Shown: positions 35,812 through 46,738, counted from the stretch's first letter. The stretch: 64,000 bases of DNA from an uncultured delta proteobacterium (GCA_963697965.1 OY969108.1:2365326-2429325); one strand, 5' to 3'. The notes: generated from the letters alone by a model not told the origin. Numbers and translations: made by a program.

Positions 35812-37008
35812 CCTAATCCCTTGCTTGTCTCCCGCCCGCTCCCGAGCCCGGGCGAAGCCGGGGGCGGCTTTTTCGATCACCGCTTCCGGCGCGCAAAAGG
35901 CCAGGCGGAAATGGCCCGGCCGCCCGAAGCCCCGGCCCGGCACCGCCAGGATGTTCTCCTCCCTGAGGAGGGCCACGAAGGCCAGATCGTCGCCCCCCGG
36001 GGCCTTGGGGAAGAGATAGAAGGCCCCTTTGGGTTTGAAAAATTCATAACCGGCCTGCTCCAGCACCTGGCAAAAGATCTCCCGGCGCCGGGCATAAGGC
36101 GCCATATCTACCTGGACTTCCGTCAGGGGGGCCACCACTCGCTGCATAAAAGCCGGGGCGTTCACGAACCCCAGGATACGGTTGGCCAGCGCCAGGCCAC
36201 CCGCCAGTTCCAGGCGCCCCGGGGTCCGGGGGCTTACCGCCGCATAGCCCAGACGCTCCCCGGCGATGGAAAGATCCTTGGAAAAAGAATTCGCCAGCAA
36301 GGTGTCGGGGTAGGCCGCGAAGACGCTGGGGACCTCCAGTCCATCATAGACGATGCGGCGGTAAGGCTCATCCGCCACCAGATAGACCGGCCGGCCGTGG
36401 GCTGCGGCGTGCCGCCCCAGCAGTTGGCCCAGTTCCAGCAGGGTCGCGGCCTCATAGACCTGGCCGGTGGGATTGTTGGGGGAATTGATCAGCACGGCCC
36501 GGGTTTTGGGGCTCAAGACCGCGGCCAGGCGCTTCAGGTCCAGTTGGAAGTTGGCGTCGGTTTCCGCCACCCGCACCACGCCGCCGTGGTTGTCGGCGTA
36601 AGCCAGATATTCCACGAAATAGGGGGCAAAAACGATCACCTCATCGCCGGGGTCCAGGATGGTCTTGAGGATGACGTTGAGGGCTCCGGCGGCGCCGCAG
36701 GTGAGGATCAGGTCGTCGGCCCGGAAGTCGAGGCGATGGACCCTGCCCAGGTGGGCGGCCAGGGCCTGGCGGGTCTCCGGCAACCCGGCGTTGGGCATAT
36801 AGCCGTGGAGACCGGGGCGGGGGTCTTGCGCCGCGGCCGCCAGTTCCTCTTTGAACCGGCGGGGCGGCTCCAGGTCGGGATTGCCCAGGGTGAAATCGAA
36901 GACCTGATCCGCCCCCAGCCGCGCCTTAAGCTCACGGCCCTCTTCGAACATCCTCCGGATCCAGGAGGAGCTCTCCATCGCCGACTTGATGCGAAAGGCA
37001 ATGCTCAT
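35806..37008 (-). CDS. PLP-dependent class I/II aminotransferase (aspartate/alanine aminotransferase-like)
   Basis: 400 aa from ATG 37008. NSPNNPTG and SFSKDLSIAGERLGY (PLP Lys) motifs. The 27-codon upstream extension in the ORF track is encoded by a (GTTTTCT)n repeat and is unlikely to be real. Confidence 0.85.
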   Translation of the reverse strand: MSIAFRIKSAMESSSWIRRMFEEGRELKARLGADQVFDFTLGNPDLEPPRRFKEELAAAAQDPRPGLHGYMPNAGLPETRQALAAHLGRVHRLDFRADDLILTCGAAGALNVILKTILDPGDEVIVFAPYFVEYLAYADNHGGVVRVAETDANFQLDLKRLAAVLSPKTRAVLINSPNNPTGQVYEAATLLELGQLLGRHAAAHGRPVYLVADEPYRRIVYDGLEVPSVFAAYPDTLLANSFSKDLSIAGERLGYAAVSPRTPGRLELAGGLALANRILGFVNAPAFMQRVVAPLTEVQVDMAPYARRREIFCQVLEQAGYEFFKPKGAFYLFPKAPGGDDLAFVALLREENILAVPGRGFGRPGHFRLAFCAPEAVIEKAAPGFARARERAGDKQGIRG

Positions 37009-37017
37009 AAAAGACCC

Positions 37018-37049
37018 GTTTTCTGTTTTCTGTTTTCTGTTTTCTGTTC
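37018..37049 (+). repeat. Tandem heptamer array (GTTTTCT)x4.5
   Basis: Read directly. Followed by CTCTGCGCTCTCTGCGCTTCTGCGG. Confidence 0.95.
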
Positions 37050-37121
37050 TTCTCTGCGCTCTCTGCGCTTCTGCGGTGCATTGTGCCACCGCCGAGACGC
37101 AGAGGCAGCAGAGAAACTCTC

Positions 37122-38333
37122 TTAAACCTGTTCTTCCACCTGGTAGCCCGCTTCCTTCAGGGCCTTAAGCACCGCCTGGCCATGTTCCAGGTTCCGGGTC
37201 TCCAAATTGAGCCGCACCCGGGTATAGTCCAGGGGCAATTCCCGGGCCAGGCGGTCATGGGACAGGTGAAGGATATTGGCCTTGGTCTCCCCCAGGAGGG
37301 TGGTGAGACGCCCCAGGGACCCGGGATAATCTTCCAAGGCCACCCGCAAGGTCAGGAGGCGGCGTTTCTCCAGAAGGGCCCGGGACAGCACCCGCTCCAG
37401 CAAGGGAATGTCGATATTGCCGCCGCTCACCAGCAGGACCACCCGCCGGCCCAGGGAGCGGGAGGCCAGTTGCCCCAGGAAGGCCGCAGTGGCCACGGCC
37501 CCGGCCCCTTCGGCCAGCACCTTTTTGCTTTCGAGTAGCAGCAGCAAGGCCTGGGCAATTTCCTGCTCCTCTACCAATACCAGATCTTTCAGGTACTTGT
37601 GGAGCAGGGGATAAGGGCGGCTGCCGGTGAGGGGCACCCGGATGCCATCGGCCAGGGTGGGCAGGGCCGGCACCGCCGTCGGGGCCCCGTGCTGGAAGGC
37701 CACCGCCAGGGAAGGCACCTGCGCGGTCTGGGCCCCGATGACCAGGACCCCGGGCCGGGATTCGCTCAATGCCAGGGCGGCGCCGGCCGCCAGCCCGCCG
37801 CCCCCCACCGGCAGCACCACGGTGTCCACCTCCGGCAGGTCCTCCAGGATCTCCAGCCCCACCGTCCCCTGGCCGGCCATCACCTCCAGGTCGTCATAGG
37901 GATGGATGAAACTATAACCCTCGGCCTCCATGGCCCTGGCCTTCTCCAGGGACTCGGAGACGTCCTGGCCGGACAGGATGACCTGGGCCCCGTATTCCTG
38001 GGTGGCCATCTGTTTGGAAATGGAAGCCCCCTGGGGCATGACGATGGTGGCCGGGATTCCGAGGGAGGCGGCCGCGAAGGCCACCCCCTGGCCATGGTTG
38101 CCCGCGGAGGCGGCCACCACCTTCCCGGCTCCTTCGCCCCGCTCCTTCAGGAGGGAGAGGCGGTTCATTGCCCCCCGCAGCTTGAAGGAGCCGGTGGTCT
38201 GGAGATTCTCCAGTTTGAGATAGACCTCCCGGCCGCTTTCCTGGCTCAAAATATTGGAATAGATCAGCGGGGTGTGTAGCACCACCCTTTTAATCCGTTC
38301 TCTGGCTTCTTTGATGTCTTGGAGGGTAATCAT
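37122..38333 (-). CDS. ilvA: Threonine ammonia-lyase (threonine dehydratase) with C-terminal ACT-like domain
   Basis: 403 aa from ATG 38333. PLP-Lys motif TGSFKLRGA and the glycine loop GGGGL. Confidence 0.85.
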   Translation of the reverse strand: MITLQDIKEARERIKRVVLHTPLIYSNILSQESGREVYLKLENLQTTGSFKLRGAMNRLSLLKERGEGAGKVVAASAGNHGQGVAFAAASLGIPATIVMPQGASISKQMATQEYGAQVILSGQDVSESLEKARAMEAEGYSFIHPYDDLEVMAGQGTVGLEILEDLPEVDTVVLPVGGGGLAAGAALALSESRPGVLVIGAQTAQVPSLAVAFQHGAPTAVPALPTLADGIRVPLTGSRPYPLLHKYLKDLVLVEEQEIAQALLLLLESKKVLAEGAGAVATAAFLGQLASRSLGRRVVLLVSGGNIDIPLLERVLSRALLEKRRLLTLRVALEDYPGSLGRLTTLLGETKANILHLSHDRLARELPLDYTRVRLNLETRNLEHGQAVLKALKEAGYQVEEQV

Positions 38334-38509
38334 CACCTGCTCGGGTTTAGGAGAACACCTGCACGCTTCAGGCGGCCCGGGTCTCGGGCCCGGCAAAGGG
38401 TTGAGAACGGCCTGATCTCCCAGGGGCCGTCCCAGCCATTGCCAGCGTCGGTTCTAGTTACTATTTTTCAGCTATGATGACAATACCTTAAAGCGCGGGG
38501 GAGCGGGTC

Positions 38510-39184
38510 ATGGAGGTGATGGCGGCTTTACTGACCAGGTTCCAGGGCCGCTTCGCCGCGGCATTGGGCCTTAAGGTTTCCTCCGGCCCCGAGGCGCGGC
38601 AGCAGTGGTTTCTGGCGGCCATCTTCTACGGAGCCCGCATCTCCGGAGGGCTTGCCGCCCGCACCTTCCGGGTCTTCGCGGCCAATGGGGTCACCTCACC
38701 CGAAGCCATTCTGGCCCGGGGCTGGGAGGGACTGGTGGCCCTCCTGGACCAGGGCGGCTATGCCCGTTATGACTACAAGACGGCCACCAAGCTGCTCCAG
38801 GTGATGGCGTCTTTGCAGGAGCGCTATCAAGGCTCCCTGGAGTGCCTACACGAGGCGGCGGCCGACCCTGCGGATCTCGAGCGGCGAATCATGGAACTGG
38901 CCCCGGGGATCGGCCCCGCCACGGTCAACATCTTTTTACGGGAATTACGGGGGATCTGGGTCAAGGCCGCGCCGCCGCTCAGCCCTTTGGCCCAGGCCGG
39001 CGCCGTCGAAGCGGGGTTGGCCTCCCCGGGGCTTAGCCCCCGGGAGGCCCTGGAGGAGATTTTCCGCCACTGGCAGGCCCAGCCGCTGCCCGGCCATGAC
39101 TTCGCCGACCTGGAAGCCGCCCTGGTGCGCCTGGGCCTGGAACTGCGCCGGGGAAGCCGAAAGAAAAGTGGAACCGAGGGGTAA
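38510..39184 (+). CDS. Helix-hairpin-helix (endonuclease III/HhH-GPD-like) domain protein
   Basis: 224 aa. LAPGIGPATVNIFLRELRGIW is HhH-like. No Fe-S Cys cluster is seen. Confidence 0.45.
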   Translation: MEVMAALLTRFQGRFAAALGLKVSSGPEARQQWFLAAIFYGARISGGLAARTFRVFAANGVTSPEAILARGWEGLVALLDQGGYARYDYKTATKLLQVMASLQERYQGSLECLHEAAADPADLERRIMELAPGIGPATVNIFLRELRGIWVKAAPPLSPLAQAGAVEAGLASPGLSPREALEEIFRHWQAQPLPGHDFADLEAALVRLGLELRRGSRKKSGTEG

Positions 39185-39200
39185 GCTCAGGGTGAAACTT

Positions 39201-39300
39201 GTAGGGGCGCACCCAGGCGTGCGCCCCTTAGGAAATGGCGGACTGTAGGGGCGGGTTTTAAACCCCCCACTGGAGGGCGGATATCTGGGTCCGCCCCTAC
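39201..39300. repeat. Cluster of three GTAGGGGCG...CGCCCCTAC REP-like hairpins
   Basis: GTAGGGGCGCACCCAGGCGTGCGCCCCT, GTAGGGGCGGGTTTTAAACCCC, and ..GGGCGGATATCTGGGTCCGCCCCTAC. Confidence 0.8.
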
Positions 39301-39472
39301 GCGAAACCAGGGAAAGCCATTCCTGGGAGATAGTTTAAGCTTCTTCAGGAAATTTAGTTGCGGACCCTATTGAACTTAATTCCCAAAAGCGGTAATTAAT
39401 CCCGGAAAGTCGAAACTCGAAACTGGGCGACCCAGCGGGTCGCCCCTACATCTCAAAACTCAGAGGAACCCC

Positions 39473-39889
39473 ATGCCCAACTGCATCTTCTGCCGGATCG
39501 CCTCCGGCCAGGCCCCGGCGGCGCGGGTCCTGGAGACCCCCCGGGTCCTGGCCTTTCTGGATATCGCCCCGGTAAACTATGGCCATACCCTGATCATTTC
39601 CAAGGAACATTATCCTACCATGCTGGAGCTGCCTGACGATCTTTGGATGGAGATGGGGTCGGTGGGCCGCCAAGTGGCCCGGGCACTAAGGACCGCCCTG
39701 GGTGCCCAGGGCTTCAACATCGCCATGAATAATTTCGAGGCCGCCGGCCAGGCGGTCCCCCACGCCCACCTGCACGTCGTCCCCCGCTATTTTGAGGACG
39801 GCCTGCTCCTCTTTCCCCACCAGGAATACCGTCCCGGGGATCAGGAAAAGACCGCGGCCCAGTTGCGCCAGGCCCTGGCGGGAGGGTGA
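39473..39889 (+). CDS. HIT-family (histidine triad) nucleotide hydrolase/transferase
   Basis: 138 aa. Starts CIFCRI and has the HAHLHVVPR histidine triad. Confidence 0.9.
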   Translation: MPNCIFCRIASGQAPAARVLETPRVLAFLDIAPVNYGHTLIISKEHYPTMLELPDDLWMEMGSVGRQVARALRTALGAQGFNIAMNNFEAAGQAVPHAHLHVVPRYFEDGLLLFPHQEYRPGDQEKTAAQLRQALAGG

Positions 39890-39893
39890 CGGG

Positions 39894-39928
39894 AGTTCAA
39901 AGTTCAAAGTTCAAAGTTCAAAGTTCAG
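39894..39928 (+). repeat. Tandem heptamer array (AGTTCAA)x5
   Basis: Read directly. It is the reverse complement of the unit at 27261-27293. Confidence 0.95.
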
Positions 39929-39957
39929 ACTTCTGAAAAAATTTAGTGTAAGATGCA

Positions 39958-41180
39958 ATAAGGAAAAAAAGAAAAAAAAAAAAAAAAAGAAAAAAAAAGA
40001 AAGAAAGGTAAAAAAGAAAAAGCAGAAGAAAGGAGAATAAAAAAGAATATGAGAAGGATAAAAACTGAGAAAACATATAGAAAAGGAAAAAAAAAAGTAA
40101 TAAAAAAAATAAAAAAAAAAAATAAAAAATAAAAAGAAAGGAGAAAAGGAAAAGAAGAAGAAAGAAAAAGAAAAAGAGGATTCAAGGAATTCAAGGTTAG
40201 ACCACAGGTGCGCCAGTCATTGCAGGGAGGAAAGTGACGACATGGAAAAGAGTCAAGGCAGAGATCTCTGCGAAAATCCCAATTTGGAAAGCTTGTCATT
40301 CTGAAGGGGAGCGAAGCGACCGAACAGAAGCTCTTATAAAGGCCAGATACATGACGGAAAAGTTGGCGAGGGGTGGGTGTTCTATGGAAAAATTTTCTTC
40401 TCTATCTGAGGCGGCGAAGACAATAACTGAAAATTAGATAAAGGGCGGGAAAAAAGCGAAAGCGCATAGCCCGAAAATCATAAAAGGAAGATCATAATAT
40501 CTCTCAGAAAAGATAAAAAGGAAAGAAATAAGGCAAGGAAATTGACTGCTGAGGAATAAGCAGAAAAAAAAAGAGAAGCGAAAGAGCAAGGTTCAAGGTT
40601 CAAGAATGAATTAGACAGGTGACGCCGTAAGCATTGCGGGAAAGGGTGACGGAGTCAAGGCAGAGATCGATCTGCCGAAAATCCCCATTTTTGTCATTAC
40701 TGAGGAACATAGCTTCAATATGACAAGTTGGCGATGGGGTGGGTGTAGGGCGGGAAAGCGAAGCGCAAAGATAAAAGAAAAAGGAAAGAAAAAGGATAAA
40801 TGTGAGTTAGAGAGGAGAAAGCTATACGCTGAAGAGAAAAAGGTAAGCAATACTGGGACAAAGTGATAACTGACCACGCAAAAATAACAAGGAAAAAAAA
40901 AAGAAAAGGGGAAAAAGAAAGAAGACTAAGCATTATATAAAGAAGAAAAGAGCTCATACCGAGAAAAAGAAGAAGCAAAAATAGAAAAAAACGAGAGGAT
41001 GAATAAAAAGAAGAAGATAAAAGAGAAAAAAAGAGATAAGAAAATAAAAGAAAAAATGAGAAGATAAGAAGAAGAAGAGGGAAAAAAAAGCGAAGCGAAA
41101 GAAACCGCAGAATCTTATAAAAACTGCAAAGTTGAGCGAGGGGAAGGTGGTGTAGGGCGAGGAAAGAAAAATTAATACGC
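39958..41180 (+). repeat. About 1.2-kb strand-asymmetric polypurine (A-rich) non-coding tract with three embedded repeat modules
   Basis: I count 16 pyrimidines in 39961-40180 and 27 in 40881-41100 (220 nt each). It contains an A17 run at 39972-39988. Embedded related modules lie at about 40181-40385, 40587-40765 and 41090-41165. ORFs here translate to poly-K or poly-F/L/S. Confidence 0.9.
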
Positions 41181-41220
41181 TAACTAAGAAGCGCATCCCG
41201 CGGATTTCCCCTCCGCTCCT

Positions 41221-42063
41221 TTACAGCCCGGCTTCGGCCCGGAGGATTTCCCTCAGGAAATCGGATTCTGCGGAGACGGGAATCTCTTGACCGTCGATGG
41301 AGGCCACCGGCATCAGCCCCAGGAGGGCGTTGGCCAGCCAGACGCCCTCGGCCTGGCGCAACCGTGCAGGCTCGGTGGGGACCACTTCCAGTAACAGACC
41401 CAGACGGGCCAGGGCCAGGGTTAAAACAGCCAGGGTGACCCCCGGCAGGGCGCTGGCCGCGGCCGGGGTGCAATAGACCCCGCGGCTGAGATAGAGCAGG
41501 CTGGTGGCGGCGCCTTCGGACAGCATACCGTCGGACTCCAGGATGACGGCCTCCCTGGCCCCCTGCTCCAGGGCGTACTGCCGGGCCGCCAGGTAAAACA
41601 GGTAATTGAGGCTCTTGTGGCGGCCCAGGAAGGTGGTGCGCCGCTCCGGAAAGGTGGCTACCGGCCAGCCGGCGGCGTACTCGGCCGGCGGCGGCGGTTC
41701 ATAGGGCTGGGCCCAGATCACCAAGGTGGGGCGAATCCCTGCGGGCAAACCCAGCCCGGCGGCCGCGCCCCGGCTAAGCAAGATCTTCACCCGGGCCACG
41801 CCCCGCTCCAGGCCGTTCACCGACAGCAGCTTATTAAGGCGCTCCTCCCAGGGCAGGTCCCCGGGAAGGGGCAGGTGAAAGGCCTTGGCCGAAGCCAGCA
41901 GGCGGGTCAAATGTTCCCTGAGAAAAAATAAGCGGCCGGCCTCGGCCCGGATGGTCTCGAAAAGGCCGTCCCCGTATTGAAAGCCCCGGTCATTCACCGA
42001 CACCCGGGCCTGGTCCGCGGGAACCAGGTCATCATCGAGCCAGACAAATTCAGGTTTTTCCAT
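41221..42063 (-). CDS. pabC: Class IV aminotransferase-fold protein, probable aminodeoxychorismate lyase
   Basis: 280 aa. FQYGDGLFETIRA and HKSLNYL (catalytic Lys). Lies in a row with pabA and pabB, separated from pabB by a 400-bp repeat-filled spacer. Confidence 0.7.
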   Translation of the reverse strand: MEKPEFVWLDDDLVPADQARVSVNDRGFQYGDGLFETIRAEAGRLFFLREHLTRLLASAKAFHLPLPGDLPWEERLNKLLSVNGLERGVARVKILLSRGAAAGLGLPAGIRPTLVIWAQPYEPPPPAEYAAGWPVATFPERRTTFLGRHKSLNYLFYLAARQYALEQGAREAVILESDGMLSEGAATSLLYLSRGVYCTPAAASALPGVTLAVLTLALARLGLLLEVVPTEPARLRQAEGVWLANALLGLMPVASIDGQEIPVSAESDFLREILRAEAGL

Positions 42064-42315
42064 CCTTCCCTCTAGTACTGTGTCCCATGGAAACGTTGCA
42101 TAAATGCTTTGCCATTTCCCCTCCCCCTTGGGAGGGCGACACCGGGTGGGGGGGGTAATTTATCTTTCATTTACCATATGTTGCCACCCTCCCCCCAGCC
42201 CCCTCCCCTCAAGGGAGGGGGGGGTTATCTCGAATCTTTTATTTAAGATAATCGTGGGACATCACACCAGGGTGATGATTCATAATTGCTATGGTATTTA
42301 AAACCCATGGTTTTC

Positions 42316-42400
42316 TCCCCCCTTTGTAAAAGGGGGGCAGGAGGGATTTAAATTAACCTCCTGAAATCCCCCTAAATCCCCCTTTTTCAAAGGGGGACTT
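42316..42400. repeat. Dispersed hairpin repeat family R1, copy D (double hairpin, tail truncated)
   Basis: CCCCCCTTTGTAAAAGGGGGG, then a spacer, then CCCCCTTTTTCAAAGGGGGAC. The spacer is similar to copy C. Confidence 0.75.
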
Positions 42401-42464
42401 TTTATGCCCTGTTTCCTTAGTTTTTTGCTCTTGATTTAATGTAGTCTATTAACGAAGCGCCACA

Positions 42465-43888
<1,424 letters not shown>

Positions 43889-43892
<4 letters not shown>

Positions 43893-44599
43893 TCCCCCCG
43901 CCCTCTCCTCAAGCTTTCCTGTCCACCCCGCAGATGGGGTTGGGGGAGGGGATTGGCAGCAGGTTTGGGTATTTTTCGCAAGGGCAGGGAACGCTGGGGG
44001 CCGTCGCTTTCCCAAGACTCCCCCAAACGGCTATCCTGCCCTTCCCGCAAAAAATTCGCCGCCAGTTGCCGGCCGTAAGCGGTGAGGAAGGACTCCGGGT
44101 GGAACTGGACCCCGTGCAGGGGATAGCGCCGGTGGCTCAGGCCCATGATCACTCCATCTTCACTCTTGGCCGTGACCTCCAGGTCCGGGGCGACGGAATC
44201 CGCCATCAGAGAATGATAGCGGGCTGCGGCAAAGGGCGACGGCAGGCCCTCAAACAGGCCCCGCCCCTGGTGGAAGACCCGGGAGGTCTTGCCGTGCACC
44301 GGCTCCGGGGCCCTGACCGTGGCGCCGCCGAAGACCTCGTTGATGGCCTGGTGGCCCAGGCAGACCCCCAGGATGGGCAGGCGCTGATGGAAATGGGCGA
44401 TCGCCGCCTTGCTGATCCCGGCCTGGGCCGGGGCCTTGGGGCCCGGGGAGATGCAGAGCCAGGCAGGCTTAAGGGCCTCGATCTCCGCCAGGGTCACCGC
44501 GTCATGGCGGAAGACCAGGACCTCCAGGTTAAACTCAGAGAAGAGCTGCACCAGGTTGTAGGTGAAGGAATCGTAATTATCGATCATTACCAGACGCAT
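43889..44599 (-). CDS. pabA: Glutamine amidotransferase component II (PabA/TrpG-type) with a C-terminal extension of about 55 aa
   Basis: From ATG 44599: MRLVMIDNYDSFTYNL, GVCLGHQ (nucleophile Cys) and GVQFHPES. The tail after ..AANFL has no motif. Confidence 0.85.
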
Positions 44600-44613
44600 C
44601 TTCCCTCCCCCAT

Positions 44614-44645
44614 AAAAAAAAAGCCGCCCCAGGAGTCTGGGTGGC
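44614..44645 (-). terminator. Intrinsic terminator-like hairpin plus U9 on the minus strand
   Basis: The minus strand reads GCCACCCAGACUCCUGGGGCGGC followed by nine U (A-run 44614-44622 on the + strand). It lies downstream of the 117-aa gene and about 15 nt upstream of the pabA ATG. Confidence 0.5.
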
Positions 44646-44672
44646 TTTGGCCTGAACATAACTCTCAACTTT

Positions 44673-44701
44673 TATATATGGAGATTAAACGGTGGTGTCA
44701 A
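44673..44701 (-). promoter_or_regulatory. Candidate sigma-70-type promoter TTGACA-N17-TATATA
   Basis: On the minus strand, -35 is at 44701-44696 and -10 at 44678-44673. It lies upstream of the hairpin-U9 and of pabA. Confidence 0.5.
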
Positions 44702-44718
44702 TGGTTTTTTCGGCCTTC

Positions 44719-45072
44719 TCAGGCCTCCCGGTTGACCCGCAGGCGGATGAAATAGAGGGTGCCAAAGGCGCTGGCATTCAGGCTGTGCTGCTGGAAGTCG
44801 TAATGCGGAACATAGCCGGCGTCGTAGTCATCGCCTTCCGCCAGACCCATGGCCCGGTCCATATCGCCGTCAGTGGCCATGACCAGGGCCTGGAGGAAAA
44901 CGGCGCCGCCGTTGCGGGCCGTGGGATCATGGGCGAACACCGCCCCGCAGTTGCAGAATCCTCCGGCAAAATCGTACCACTGACCCTCCTGCAACTGCAC
45001 CGGGCGCAGCACCTCCGAGCCGCAAAAGGGGCAGCGCACCTTGCGGGCGCGATCTGAAAACAGCTTCGGCAT
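44719..45072 (-). CDS. Hypothetical protein with N-terminal zinc-ribbon-like CPFCG...CNCG
   Basis: 117-aa ORF. Four Cys are arranged CxxC-n25-CxC. No family recognised. Confidence 0.5.
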   Translation of the reverse strand: MPKLFSDRARKVRCPFCGSEVLRPVQLQEGQWYDFAGGFCNCGAVFAHDPTARNGGAVFLQALVMATDGDMDRAMGLAEGDDYDAGYVPHYDFQQHSLNASAFGTLYFIRLRVNREA

Positions 45073-45301
45073 GAAAAAAACCTCGCAATGCTTGCCGGGT
45101 CTGGCTCACCTGGGAGCGCCGCTCCCGGCTGAGAAAATAGCCGCCGCCAACCGTGCCGCAGGGTGGCCTCCGCAATCCCGGTTCAGTCCATTATCCACAA
45201 TTTTTCCGTTTTCGGCAATTATCTTAACCTCTATTGATATTGACAGCGCGGCTTCTCAGCCTTAAATTATGCTTCACTTCGCAGTCAAAGGAGAGGCAGC
45301 C

Positions 45302-45481
45302 ATGGCTGACAAGACCATATGTTTTTCGGCCCAGGAGCAGATGAAGATCGAGGCCATCGTCATCGACAAAGATGGGGAAGGGGCCTTGCTTTACCTGGCG
45401 CAACTGGATGACCGCTTAAATCCGCATTTCGGCCACGCCTGCGGGCCGAAGGCGGCGGAAGGCCCCCCGGGGCGCGGCTGA
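45302..45481 (+). CDS. Small hypothetical protein (59 aa), paralogue 1
   Basis: RBS AAGGAGAGG. MADKTICFSAQEQMKIEAIVIDKDGEGALLYLAQLDDRL..GHACGPK shares its pattern with the next ORF. Confidence 0.55.
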   Translation: MADKTICFSAQEQMKIEAIVIDKDGEGALLYLAQLDDRLNPHFGHACGPKAAEGPPGRG

Positions 45482-45607
45482 TAACCATTTTTTTTGGCGA
45501 TCGAATCGACAGCTTAAGGATCCGGACCGGCCCTGTGGGGCCGCCGGGGCGCCGGCCTGCCTCAAAACCGCCATCCGGAGAGGGCTCAGCCGGCAAATGA
45601 GGAGATT

Positions 45608-45772
45608 ATGGCAGACAAAGAGCTTGTTTTTTCGGATCAGGAGCAGCAGAAGTTACAGGCCATAGTCATTGACAAGGACAAAGACGAGGCCATCCGTTAT
45701 TTAGCCAGCCTGGTTGACCGCATTAAAGGTCATGCCGGCCGTGCCTGCGGCTTCAAGCCGGCCAGGGGGTAA
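45608..45772 (+). CDS. Small hypothetical protein (54 aa), paralogue 2 (not in the ORF track)
   Basis: Translated by hand: MADKELVFSDQEQQKLQAIVIDKDKDEAIRYLASLVDRIKGHAGRACGFKPARG. RBS GAGGAG lies 5 nt upstream. Confidence 0.55.
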   Translation: MADKELVFSDQEQQKLQAIVIDKDKDEAIRYLASLVDRIKGHAGRACGFKPARG

Positions 45773-45801
45773 AAAAGGCGATAATCGCTCCTGACGGCGG
45801 G

Positions 45802-46437
45802 ATGGACCGGCTGGCTCTGGTATCCGACACCCACGCCTACCGGGCCGGTCTGCCCCCGTTATTCGCCTTTCTGCGCCTCCAGGGCCTGCGTCACCTGGCC
45901 TGCCTGGGGGACTGCCAGCCGGAGCCTTTCCGGGACTGGCTGTCCCTGGACCCCGGACACCGCCTTTATTGGGTCTATGACGTCTTTGGCCCCCAATTGC
46001 CGGAAGCCACCGCTTGCGGGGTGGTCCTGGAATTGGAGGCCAGGGTCTTTCTGGCCCATACCCGGGCTCTGATCTGGACCCATTACGATGAGCGCATCCG
46101 GGCTTACCGCCGCGGTGCCCCCGCCTGCCGCCCGCCCCTGCTGGCAGCCCATGGGCATACCCACGTGCCCAGCGTCACCCGCTTTGCTCCACCCTTAAGC
46201 CGCCTGCTTTACATCAATGACCCCATCCGGCCCGCGGAGTTTAAGCCGCGCCAGGCCTGCCTGAGTATGGAGCCGGACACCGTTTACCTCATAGTTCCCG
46301 GGGCCTTCACCCTGGAGGAGGGGCGTCATCCCAACTTCAGTTTCGCGGTGCTGGACCTTCTGGCCTCACGGCTGGCCATGGTTTCCCTGCGGGACCTGGC
46401 CGCCCTCGATTCCTTGCAGCTGTTCCCCCCGGAGTAA
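45802..46437 (+). CDS. Calcineurin-like metallophosphoesterase (YfcE/MJ0936-like)
   Basis: LALVSDTHAY, CLGDC and AAHGHTHVP motifs. Confidence 0.7.
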   Translation: MDRLALVSDTHAYRAGLPPLFAFLRLQGLRHLACLGDCQPEPFRDWLSLDPGHRLYWVYDVFGPQLPEATACGVVLELEARVFLAHTRALIWTHYDERIRAYRRGAPACRPPLLAAHGHTHVPSVTRFAPPLSRLLYINDPIRPAEFKPRQACLSMEPDTVYLIVPGAFTLEEGRHPNFSFAVLDLLASRLAMVSLRDLAALDSLQLFPPE

Positions 46438-46667
46438 GTAACCACGCGGCCTAATTCCATAATTTTCTAATTATCGTAACGTTTTCACCCCCCCTCACCC
46501 CAGACCTCTCCCCTCGCTGGGGCGAGAGAATGCAGGGCGGGAAAGCGGAGCGCACTCCACCTCGGCTCCCGGTGCAGGCGGGGGGAGAGGGGACAAAAAG
46601 CCAGTTTCCCCAGGTTTACTGCTAGCGTCAATGGCATTGTATCTTTATCCCCTCTCCCCTCGCCGTA

Positions 46668-46738
46668 GGGGCGGGGTTTCCCCGCCCGGGCAAACCCACA
46701 GGCCAGAGGCCTGTGCCACTGGACACCGCCCCTACCAA
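46668..46738. repeat. REP-like composite hairpins (GTAGGGGCGGGGTTTCCCCGCCC ... CACAGGCCAGAGGCCTGTG ... GCCCCTAC)
   Basis: Read directly. Flanked by inverted CCCCTCACCC/GGGTGAGGGG-type arms (46490-46530 and 46740-46775). Confidence 0.75.

Noticed and set aside
39792-41196. ORFs inside the polypurine tract: a poly-Lys tail on the + strand and F/L/S-rich 80-118-aa ORFs on the - strand.
   Set aside because: Their translations are homopolymer-like low complexity dictated by the A/G (or T/C) composition. No start context or RBS is present, and they overlap one another.
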